A stretch of 64,000 bases of DNA from Bacteroidia bacterium (GTDB taxonomy: Bacteria > Bacteroidota > Bacteroidia > AKYH767-A > 2013-40CM-41-45), in the NCBI GenBank assembly GCA_038206355.1, contig JBBRAY010000001.1, positions 18,384 through 82,383 of the forward strand, given 5' to 3'. The position numbers and the translations under genes were made by a program. Under the pieces are notes generated by a model. The model was not told the DNA's origin. It saw only the letters and a program-made list of their open reading frames with translations, and made no database searches. Positions 38,993 through 48,390 of this stretch are shown here, one piece after another; the stretch's first letter is position 1, and every line of letters starts with the position of its first letter.

Positions 38993-41725
38993 ATGAAAAA
39001 AATTTACACTGCCGCCATTTTTACCTGCTTCGCACTTGTTGCTTCAGCACAAAAAATTGTTTCCATCAGTCCTTTCTCTATTCCTTCTTCAGGAAGTGTG
39101 ACGATTACACTCGTCGGTCACAATACTTTCTTGCTTTCCCATCCGGTTTCATTTGTGCGCTTGACGCAGCCGAATAATTCTGATGGCTCCTTCTTCTCAA
39201 GCACATCAACATCTATTATCAATGACAACCTGATGACGGCCACCTTCAACATTACAAATCCGATGCATGGCGGGTTTTACGACGTTACCATTTTTGCTTC
39301 CGGTATTTATATCAATACGAAAGTGGATGGTGTCTACATGACCGGTAAAGATCCCCGAAGGATATTTTCAGCAACACCCAATCATGCAAATGCAGGTACG
39401 GTTCTCACTACACACATCACAGGAGCACAGATGCAATTCCTTTCTTCCACAGGTTATCAGCATATCGGATGGGTACAGATGAAAAGCGAAATTGACAATT
39501 CAATCCTGTATCACTCAAACATCAGCTATATTGATTCCAACAACGTGGATGTTGATTTTAATATTCCATACAATGCGACCAATGGAAAGTACACGCTGAA
39601 TATTGACCTCCAGAATCTCAATCAGTCGAACCGGACTTATTTTTATACGATAACAGGAGGCGTTGTCAAAAAAATTATTTCAGTGAACCCGCACCAGTCG
39701 ATGAAAGGTGACAGTGTGCAAATGGTGGTCAGGATTACCGGGAGAAATTTAATAACAAGTCCGGTGTACAATGCATCCCTCACTTCAGAGTTGACGACTT
39801 ATAGCTTGTATTTTTCCTCGCAGAATATCACGGTACTGGACAGTAACCACGTCCGGTTGAAAACCTTTGTACCCAATGCTGCTCCTGATGGAGACTATTA
39901 CCTCACTCTTGGCGGATCACCAACCATGACAAAACATTTTGCCTTCCGCGTAATACCTCCTGACATCAAGGGATATGTCTTCTTTGATTCGGACAGTAAC
40001 GGCGTTAAAAACGGCAGTGAATATGGTTTAGGCGGAAGAAAAGTTCTGCTTCTGCCGGACTCCATTTATTCATTCACTGATGTTAACGGTAACTACTTCT
40101 ATTACACCGATCCCGGAAACTACACCGTTCAATATGTTCCTGACAGCCCTTACGTGAACACCTCATCCCCAACATATAATATTACTGTAATTGATACTTC
40201 GCAGTCGGGGTTTAATTTTGGAACAAAAAAACAACTCACCTACGAGCATACATTTTACTGTTCTCAACAAACGATGAGGTGCAATACCAACACGACTACC
40301 TTCTGGCATATTTCCAATCCGGAAGACGCCGTTCATTCAGGCACTGTCACACTCATCCATTCATCGAACCTCTCGGTTACGTGGACCAGCATTGCCCCAA
40401 ATTATACCAATGGTGATACGATGGTCTGGAATTATAATGTAGGTCCGCTTTCACAACTTACCTGTTATGTGCAGTTCCTGAGTCCGGGTGCAGGCAATAC
40501 GGTATGGTATACATACACCGACCAGATTGCCAATCATACCTATCATTCATCACTTTCAACCATTGTTTCATGTTCCTATGATCCCAATGATAAAAGCGTT
40601 CAACCACAGGAAACACCTACCGATCCTTCAACCCTGAATACAGAGATGCTTGAATACAATATCAATTTTCAGAATACCGGAAATGATACTGCTTTCCTTG
40701 TCGTAATAGAAGATACGCTGAATCCGTTTCTTGATCTGGAAACATTTGAAATTGTTGGATCAAGTCATCCCGTTGTGACCAACCTCGATTACCCTAACCG
40801 GATTGTTACATTCAGATTTGACAACATACTACTCGCCGACAGCATCGTGGATGAACCCGGCAGTCATGGTTTTGTGAAGTATAGAATCAAAGCACTTCAG
40901 GGAATCCCTGACTCGATAGAGGTAAGCAATACGGCCTATATCTATTTTGATTTCAACCCGGCCATCATCACAAATACCATTACCAGTCACCTCGTACAAT
41001 TCAAACTTCCGCAGGCATCACTTGCAACTCCGGTTAGCCCGCTATGTATGCTTCAATGTATTGACTTCAGCAGCACTTCTATTTATGCCACCTCATGGCA
41101 ATGGTATTTCCCCGGAGGTATTCCTGCGTCTTCAACAGATGAAAATCCGCAGGGCATTTGTTTTCTGAATACCGGATCGTTTGACGTTACGCTGATCGCT
41201 ACGAATGGATTTGGATCTGATACAATCATGCTGCCTTCTTTCCTGAATGTGAATCCGCTTCCTCCGCCACCGGTGTTATATGAATCAGGCGATACTGTAT
41301 ATTGTATAATAGATCCATTGTACACTTCTTATCAGTGGTACGACACTTCGGGCTTAATCCCGGGAGCAACCAATAGCTACTATGTTCCTCCTGCAACAGG
41401 TTTATACGGACTTTCAGTTTACAACCAGCAAGGTTGTGAAGCTGCATCATCAGCAATAATTAATGTTGGCATAAAGGAAAAAGCAGAAGAGGTATTTCGC
41501 TTGTATCCGAATCCTGTTTCAGATCTGCTGAGAATACATACACCATTTTCAAACACAGGAGCAACTATTGAAATACTAAATATGCTCGGCGAAAGCATCA
41601 TTCCGTTACAATCCATCACGCATGAAACATTTGAAATTGATGTAAGAAACTTTTCTCCCGGATTTTATTTCGTCAAATTCCAAAACCACGAACGCACTAT
41701 TGAAAAACGATTTGTGAAGAACTGA
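38993..41725 (+). CDS. T9SS cargo protein with SdrD-B/Cna-B-like, DUF11-like repeat and PKD domains
   Basis: 910 aa with a signal peptide, an SdrD-B-like segment (IKGYVFFDSDSNGVKNGSEYGLGGRKV...TDVNGNYFY), a YDPNDK...NFQNTGNDTA...HGFVKYRIKA block, a PKD-like segment (FSSTSIYATSWQWYFPGG...DVTLIATNGFGSDT) and a CTD (FRLYPNPVSDLLRI...GFYFVKF). Confidence 0.8.
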   Translation: MKKIYTAAIFTCFALVASAQKIVSISPFSIPSSGSVTITLVGHNTFLLSHPVSFVRLTQPNNSDGSFFSSTSTSIINDNLMTATFNITNPMHGGFYDVTIFASGIYINTKVDGVYMTGKDPRRIFSATPNHANAGTVLTTHITGAQMQFLSSTGYQHIGWVQMKSEIDNSILYHSNISYIDSNNVDVDFNIPYNATNGKYTLNIDLQNLNQSNRTYFYTITGGVVKKIISVNPHQSMKGDSVQMVVRITGRNLITSPVYNASLTSELTTYSLYFSSQNITVLDSNHVRLKTFVPNAAPDGDYYLTLGGSPTMTKHFAFRVIPPDIKGYVFFDSDSNGVKNGSEYGLGGRKVLLLPDSIYSFTDVNGNYFYYTDPGNYTVQYVPDSPYVNTSSPTYNITVIDTSQSGFNFGTKKQLTYEHTFYCSQQTMRCNTNTTTFWHISNPEDAVHSGTVTLIHSSNLSVTWTSIAPNYTNGDTMVWNYNVGPLSQLTCYVQFLSPGAGNTVWYTYTDQIANHTYHSSLSTIVSCSYDPNDKSVQPQETPTDPSTLNTEMLEYNINFQNTGNDTAFLVVIEDTLNPFLDLETFEIVGSSHPVVTNLDYPNRIVTFRFDNILLADSIVDEPGSHGFVKYRIKALQGIPDSIEVSNTAYIYFDFNPAIITNTITSHLVQFKLPQASLATPVSPLCMLQCIDFSSTSIYATSWQWYFPGGIPASSTDENPQGICFLNTGSFDVTLIATNGFGSDTIMLPSFLNVNPLPPPPVLYESGDTVYCIIDPLYTSYQWYDTSGLIPGATNSYYVPPATGLYGLSVYNQQGCEAASSAIINVGIKEKAEEVFRLYPNPVSDLLRIHTPFSNTGATIEILNMLGESIIPLQSITHETFEIDVRNFSPGFYFVKFQNHERTIEKRFVKN

Positions 41726-41742
41726 TCCTCCGGAAGAAAACA

Positions 41743-41790
41743 AAGCCCTGAAGTAAGTTGTGCAGAATGCGCGACTTTACTTCAGGGCTT
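41743..41790. terminator. 14-bp perfect hairpin between convergent genes
   Basis: AAGCCCTGAAGTAA 41743-41756 pairs with TTACTTCAGGGCTT 41777-41790. It lies between the stop at 41725 (+) and the msrA stop at 41813 (-). Confidence 0.55.
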
Positions 41791-41812
41791 GTCTATTAAA
41801 CGAACTGTTGAA

Positions 41813-42478
41813 TCAGTGCACGTATTCTTTCTTCAGCTTATTCCCGAATACCTTTCTGAATTTCTCCACCTTTGGCTGAATCACATATGTACAATAGGGC
41901 TGGTCCCCATTCTGGTTGAAATAGTTCTGGTGCGAATCGTCTGCCTTATAAAAAACAGTGAACGGAGAAATTTCAGTCACCACGGGACTATTGTAAACCT
42001 TTTCATCATTCAGCTTCATCTTATAATTCTCCGCAATTTTTTTCTGTTCAGCATTGTGATAAAAAATCACTGAACGGTATTGCGTTCCATGATCATTTCC
42101 CTGCCTGTTCAGTTGTGTCGGATCGTGCGACGTCCAGAATGCCTGGAGCATGTCGTCATACGTTAGTTTTGTTTTGTCGTATGTGACCTGACAAACTTCA
42201 GCATGTCCTGTGGTGCCTTCACACACTTCACGGTATGCAGGGTTTTTTACGTGTCCGCCGGAGTATCCTGATTCTACTTTTAATACGCCATCAAGCATTT
42301 GAAATTGTGCTTCGACGCACCAGAAGCATCCTGCTCCGAATGTTGCGGTGTCTAGATTGGCCGGATTTACTTTTTCCTGTGTCATTTTAGATGTCTCCTT
42401 TTTTACTTTTTGTTGCGCGCATGAAATCATTGATGATCCGCAAAGCACCGTAACAAAAATGGTTCTTAAAAATTTCAT
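41813..42478 (-). CDS. msrA: peptide-methionine (S)-S-oxide reductase MsrA, exported form
   Basis: From MKFLRTIFVTVLCGSSMISCAQQ (lipoprotein-like signal). The catalytic motif GAGCFWCVE is present and the length is typical of MsrA. Confidence 0.88.
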   Translation of the reverse strand: MKFLRTIFVTVLCGSSMISCAQQKVKKETSKMTQEKVNPANLDTATFGAGCFWCVEAQFQMLDGVLKVESGYSGGHVKNPAYREVCEGTTGHAEVCQVTYDKTKLTYDDMLQAFWTSHDPTQLNRQGNDHGTQYRSVIFYHNAEQKKIAENYKMKLNDEKVYNSPVVTEISPFTVFYKADDSHQNYFNQNGDQPYCTYVIQPKVEKFRKVFGNKLKKEYVH

Positions 42479-42627
42479 TTGATTAATGTTTATGCAAAGA
42501 TTGTAATTCTTTGGTATGAGTTCAAACAAACGGGAAAGAGGGATTGTTCAGATTTATGATTTTTAGGATTTATGACTTCGTTAACAAATGGAGGATGGGG
42601 TTTAACACGGAAGAAGAAGAAGATTTT

Positions 42628-42972
42628 ACCACTGAGGCACAGGGGGCCACAGAGAAAGACTATTTCTGTATTCAGTGAGTTTGGATAAATGACAGATATT
42701 TTAAATCATTACTGTCCGACTAAATTTAATGAGATTCCTCGCTGCGCTCTGAATGACAGGACTTTTGGAGAGTAAATATCCTTGCAAACACATGATAACA
42801 TTGTCATTCAGAGCGTAGCGATGAATCTTTCAAAGCAAAATTATTTTTAGTCGGACAGTAGTGATATTAAATCTGATTCTGAAACCTAAGGCATAATGAT
42901 ACACTACTTAATGCTCAAATATCCACAAAGTAAAACCACGGCTGTTCTCCGTGTCCTCTGTGCCTCAGTGGT
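42628..42972. repeat. composite palindromic element: an outer 26-27-bp inverted repeat enclosing a nested hairpin
   Basis: Outer repeat: ACCACTGAGGCACAGGGGGCCACAGAG 42628-42654 versus 42947-42972 (reverse complement ACCACTGAGGCACAGAGGACACGGAG). Inner repeat: ATCATTACTGTCCGACTAAA 42705-42724 versus 42846-42865. Module AGATTCCTCGCTGCGCTCTGAATGACA 42732-42758 versus 42802-42828 (2 mismatches). Confidence 0.8.
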
Positions 42973-43075
42973 CTATTTCTTCGGCTGTATATACAACCTT
43001 GAATGGTTACTTCTTTCGTTTACCCCGGCCATCATTACACCACTGTTTTTATTCAGAAAAACTCCCGGTTCCAAA

Positions 43076-44122
43076 TTACTCCCACTCGGCAATAAATAAA
43101 TTCGTGTCATGCGTTCCTCCGTTGTTGCGATTAGAACTCCAGATCAACTTTTTTCCATCGGGTGAAAAAACAGGAAATGCATCAAATACATTGTCATATG
43201 TAACCTGCTCCACGTTATTCCCATCGAGGTCGCAGAGAAATAAATTGAAGTGATACCCTTTCTGTACGTGGTTGCTACTGAAAATAATTTTCTTTCCATC
43301 AGGTGAAAAGAATGGCGCCCAGTTGGCCCCGCCGAGGTGCGTTACCTGCTTCAGATTTTTTCCATCCACATCACAAATAAAAAGTTCCATTTCTGTCGGC
43401 ATCACCAATCCATCGTTTAATAAGTCTTTGTAAATTTTCACATCTGCTTCTGTTGCCGGACGCGAAGCACGGAACACCAGTTTTTTTCCATCAGGAGAAA
43501 AGAAAGCGCCGCCGTCGTAACCCAGTCCGTTGGTAATTTGTTTTACATCGCTGCCGTCAATGTTCATCGTGTATAATTCAGGGTCGCCACTGCGCATGCT
43601 TGTGAAAACAATTTTATCTCCCTTCGGTGATAATGTTGCTTCTGCATCATACCCGGGAGAATTGGTCAATTGCTTTACAATGTTACCATGTAAATCAGCA
43701 ACGAAAATTTCGAAACTGTCATATATCGGCCACACATATTTATGATCAGCACGTGGAGCGGGCTTCGGCGGACATTCCTTTCCTACAAGATGCGTGGATG
43801 CATAAAGTATTGTAGTATCTCCCGGAAGAAAATAGGAGCACGTTGTCCTTCCTGTTCCTGTGCTTATTAAAACAGGAGAAAAATTATCCAGCGCCGAAGA
43901 AAAAATCTGATCACAAGGCGCATTCCACTGCTCATTAGTTGCCTGGAAGGTGATGCTTTTGCTGTCGAAACTGAAATACGCTTCAGCATAATCTCCTTTT
44001 GTAGTCAGTTGCCGCACATTCTTCAAATGTTTTTCCTGCGGGTAATGAATCGTATCAGTCTCCTGAGCATTAACAGAAAATGCAATCGCTGAGAAAAGGG
44101 CAAGTGTAAAATTTCGTTTCAT
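43076..44122 (-). CDS. PD40/WD40-like beta-propeller repeat protein (TolB-like)
   Basis: 348 aa with a signal peptide and repeated FSPDGKK(L/I)(V/I)F(S/R)S units. Confidence 0.8.
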   Translation of the reverse strand: MKRNFTLALFSAIAFSVNAQETDTIHYPQEKHLKNVRQLTTKGDYAEAYFSFDSKSITFQATNEQWNAPCDQIFSSALDNFSPVLISTGTGRTTCSYFLPGDTTILYASTHLVGKECPPKPAPRADHKYVWPIYDSFEIFVADLHGNIVKQLTNSPGYDAEATLSPKGDKIVFTSMRSGDPELYTMNIDGSDVKQITNGLGYDGGAFFSPDGKKLVFRASRPATEADVKIYKDLLNDGLVMPTEMELFICDVDGKNLKQVTHLGGANWAPFFSPDGKKIIFSSNHVQKGYHFNLFLCDLDGNNVEQVTYDNVFDAFPVFSPDGKKLIWSSNRNNGGTHDTNLFIAEWE

Positions 44123-44139
44123 GTTTTTTTTTCGTTGCG

Positions 44140-44147
44140 CAAAACTA
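44140..44147 (-). promoter_or_regulatory. -7 promoter box TAGTTTTG (minus strand)
   Basis: The + strand CAAAACTA lies 17 nt upstream of the ATG at 44122, separated from it by an A9 tract. Confidence 0.45.
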
Positions 44148-44274
44148 TAAAATCGTTCCCCGCATCAAAATTTACTGTGAATAGTTTTAATATAATAGAA
44201 CATTTTCTGACAATGGCCTGACATTACACCCTTCCCCTCATATTTGCATTTCACATTCTGCAAAATAAAATCTC

Positions 44275-45813
<1,539 letters not shown>

Positions 45814-45835
45814 AATCAGAATTTAGTTGGAACGC

Positions 45836-45872
45836 GTAACTCCGACGAGGTTTGGAACCTCGTCGGAGTTAC
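45836..45872. repeat. 17-bp perfect hairpin GTAACTCCGACGAGGTT-tgg-AACCTCGTCGGAGTTAC
   Basis: Read directly, 23 nt after the ATPase stop. There is no T-run. A degenerate second copy lies at 48301-48333. Confidence 0.8.
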
Positions 45873-45950
45873 GCCAGTTTCAGTGTATCAGATAAGCAAA
45901 TACAGATAAACGATAAAATGAACCTCAGTCTTAGTACCTTCTAAAATCTT

Positions 45951-46502
45951 TCAAATAGTTTTTATCCATAAAATTGAATCCACAGTAAATGCTTCTATTC
46001 CATCAGACTTCGTAAAATATAGTGTGCGTTCTGTGTCCTCGAATTTTATAACATCATAAAATTTTCTGCTTCTAAGAATTACAGAATCAAGCTGCAACCC
46101 TCCTCCATTTGATGATGAGTAATTAAAAAATGAAGAGCAGATATTCTGATTATGATCAAAAATTCCAGTGCTTAAATGAAAAATAAAATTATCAACAGTT
46201 TTGGCAATTGTAAAATTAAAATTCAATGGGCACGAATCAGAAGTAAAAACTGCCCCTGCATGTTCTTCAACAAAATTACAATTTGTATAAGTTGAATCTT
46301 TTTGGCTGGTTTTTACAAAAAATCTTTCGTTCAATAAAGAATCTTCATAAAATAATGAATCAGCTGAAGAAAATTGGAGCCATTTTTTTTCATCATCAGT
46401 CAAATAAGAATATATTTTTTCGCGGTCTTCACATGACGACTCTTTCTTTTTACATCCCCATAAGACAAAGAAAATTATAACAAAAAATAAAATTATCCTC
46501 AT
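45951..46502 (-). CDS. hypothetical lipoprotein
   Basis: 183 aa with a lipobox-like signal (FFVIIFFVLWGC) in an AT-rich islet. No family recognised. Confidence 0.5.
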   Translation of the reverse strand: MRIILFFVIIFFVLWGCKKKESSCEDREKIYSYLTDDEKKWLQFSSADSLFYEDSLLNERFFVKTSQKDSTYTNCNFVEEHAGAVFTSDSCPLNFNFTIAKTVDNFIFHLSTGIFDHNQNICSSFFNYSSSNGGGLQLDSVILRSRKFYDVIKFEDTERTLYFTKSDGIEAFTVDSILWIKTI

Positions 46503-46673
46503 AACTTTAATACTCTTTTCGATTCAATATGATCCTCAAAGATAAAAATAAGGTTATATAATCGCCGACTTTCAGGGAAGCTTACAAGGTGATGGAGCTT
46601 TTTAGCGGGCTTGTAAACTTCCAGGCCTTTCATGATTACAAGAGCGGAATATCATGATGCAAGAATGTTATTT

Positions 46674-46745
46674 TTATGCCACCCAACAGGTGTCCAGCCC
46701 ACCATCCCTCGCGGGCGATCTGTCGGGTGGTGGGTTCACTGAAAA
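46674..46745 (+). repeat. structured non-coding element, copy A
   Basis: TTATGCCACCCAACAGGTGTCC... shares 21 of its first 22 nt and the later GGGCGA(T/C)CTGTC block with copy B at 47804. CCACCCAACAG (46679-46689) can pair with CTGTCGGGTGG (46720-46730). Confidence 0.6.
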
Positions 46746-46968
46746 ACAGCTGCATATTATTGAATTAACATTCGAAAATATTGTTCCGGAACGAGTTGAT
46801 AAAACCTTAGTGTTTTTTCTCTGACAACTACCTCTGGAAGTGGCTGGGAAATTTAGCAGGTTGACTTAGGACAACAACTAGTACATTTGTTTTTAATAAG
46901 GATGTCGAAAAATTCCGAGCTCCTGACAGATAATTTTACAATGTATCTTATCGCCATAGGTTAGAATC

Positions 46969-47346
46969 TTATGATTTGTATTTCCCTGCTATTACCAAAA
47001 AACTAAAGGAGAGAATCAAAATAAGAATTACTCCAATATTTCCAAGGACCCCCGTATGTCTACTTTCTTCTCGAAATCTATTTTCGATGTCCACGTACTT
47101 TTTCTTTCTTAAAAATAGAAGCCATCCCATTCCAAAAAGTATAATCTCAAGCGATATTCCTGTAATTTTTGAATGAATAAAGTATGGAATTATTCCTAAT
47201 TTTCTTAAAAAAGTACCTATTGCAAATACATTAAAGAATACAATAACTGTAAAAGCTATTGTTGAAAGAAAGGCAGCATAAGTCGAATCTTCGCCCTTTT
47301 TAAAAAGATGATAAATTCTGTAAAAAGAATAATCGATGATTTTCAT
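46969..47346 (-). CDS. hypothetical small membrane protein
   Basis: From the Met at 47346 (MKIIDYSFYRIYHLF...), 125 aa with 3-4 hydrophobic helices. The upstream 20 codons of the listed ORF run into the IS21 end. Confidence 0.45.
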   Translation of the reverse strand: MKIIDYSFYRIYHLFKKGEDSTYAAFLSTIAFTVIVFFNVFAIGTFLRKLGIIPYFIHSKITGISLEIILFGMGWLLFLRKKKYVDIENRFREESRHTGVLGNIGVILILILSFSFLVIAGKYKS

Positions 47347-47501
47347 ATCAATGCCTTTCTCCACAATATTCGTAAAGGCAATTAAATCCTCCGGACTCAT
47401 CGGCAACTGTTATACCTATTGATACTAGTGTCCCGAGGCCGGGTATTGAAGCATTTAATAAATTTACAGAAATTGCCAAAGTAGTTACTGGAGATTTCAG
47501 A

Positions 47502-47539
47502 CAAACTGACCCCCTCGCTTCACTGCAAACTGACCCCCT
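47502..47539. repeat. two 14-bp direct repeats CAAACTGACCCCCT spaced 24 bp, likely IS21-family terminal transposase-binding repeats
   Basis: The copies at 47502-47515 and 47526-47539 lie 70-110 bp beyond the istB stop. Multiple subterminal repeats are a known IS21-family feature. Confidence 0.5.
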
Positions 47540-47607
47540 ATAGTTAACCACTGTTTTTGGTTTTTGAGATGAGCGATTATTTTTGATTTTAGTTTTGTAA
47601 ATTTAAA

Positions 47608-47805
47608 TTAATCTTTTGTAATATCAAGTTCTGTTTTTCCTTTACGTAATGAGGCGCCCTTGAGTTCGATCCGTTGCGCATCGTGAACGATCCGGTCCAG
47701 GATTGGATCAGCAACAGTTTTTTCTCCAATCACTTTATACCATTGTTTAACCGGAAGCTGCGAGGTAATAATGAGAGAACTTTTTCCGTGCCGGTCTTCA
47801 ATCTT
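47608..47805 (-). pseudogene. istB: IS21-family IstB helper ATPase, C-terminal 65-codon remnant
   Basis: The minus strand reads KIEDRHGKSSLIITSQLPVKQWYKVIGEKTVADPILDRIVHDAQRIELKGASLRKGKTELDITKD*, the conserved IstB C-terminus. The homology ends abruptly at about 47805, where copy B of the structured element begins. Confidence 0.8.
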
Positions 47806-47880
47806 ATGACACCCAACAGGTGTCCGCCGCTCTCCACGCCTCGCCCGGGCGACCTGTCCCTTAGGTTTGCACCGACAAAT
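47804..47880 (+). repeat. structured non-coding element, copy B
   Basis: TTATGACACCCAACAGGTGTCCGCCGCTCTCCACGCCTCGCCCGGGCGACCTGTCC... is a paralogue of copy A. It contains the 12-bp palindrome TCGCCCGGGCGA and an ACAGGT/ACCTGT stem. Confidence 0.6.
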
Positions 47881-48300
47881 TTATTATTATTTTCAAGCCA
47901 AGATTAACCACATGGCGGAGGAGAATTATCGACCTGCCTAGATTAAAGATCTATCACCCGAATTAAACCTCCGCCATGTTTGTTGAACAAGAACCAAATA
48001 GAATAATAGAGTTATGCTCTCATTAAGGGTGTTAGTTTACTTCGGCAATGGTTAATTGAGTTGATGGTTTAACTTTAAAAAAAAATCTCATGATGGATTA
48101 CAAAGTTATGGTGGGCATTGATTGTCTCAGCCCCCAATAAGTTGGACATTTTCTCGGATAAAATAGTGTTATTCTGAACGTGCATGCTACTTTTGGCATG
48201 TTGTAAATATAGTTTTTTGTTTTAGAATTTGTATTGAATAGAACCGGAAGAACAAACCACCTTTCAGGTAGCCAATCAAACTGTAGGATGTTATTTTGGT

Positions 48301-48333
48301 AACTCTAACCAAGTTTAGAACCTCGTCGGAGTT
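48301..48333. repeat. degenerate copy of the AACCTCGTCGGAGTT hairpin
   Basis: AACTCtaACcAaGTT-tag-AACCTCGTCGGAGTT. The right arm is identical to 45856-45870 and the left arm carries 4 substitutions. Confidence 0.7.
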
Positions 48334-48390
48334 TTATCGCAACCTTTTTACGCTGGTTTTCGTCATAACTAATACCGGATAAAAATCAAC

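Noticed and set aside
46562-46658. Open frame without a start codon (SPTFREAYKVMELFSGLVNFQAFHDYKSGIS*) that might be the C-terminal scrap of a transposase.
   Set aside because: No recognisable family motif. It is too short to call.
46654-46824. 56-aa ORF MMQECYFYATQQVSSPPSLAGDLSGGGFTEKQLHIIELTFENIVPERVDKTLVFFL covering structured element copy A. The FTEKQL..IE segment faintly recalls IS5/IS630-type transposase N-termini.
   Set aside because: The paralogous copy B has indels that destroy this frame, no family could be recognised, and the ORF lies in IS debris. It is kept only as a note.
47348-47551. Listed 67-aa ORF (MVNYRGSVCSEARGSVCLKS...).
   Set aside because: It reads through the IS21 terminal direct repeats (the duplicated GSVC comes from the 14-bp repeat) and overlaps the start of the membrane-protein gene. 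It is very likely non-coding.
47662-47672. tRNA T-arm-like GAGTTCGATCC.
   Set aside because: It lies inside the istB remnant coding sequence (IELKGA). No acceptor or anticodon arms can be built around it. No tRNA genes were found anywhere in the window.
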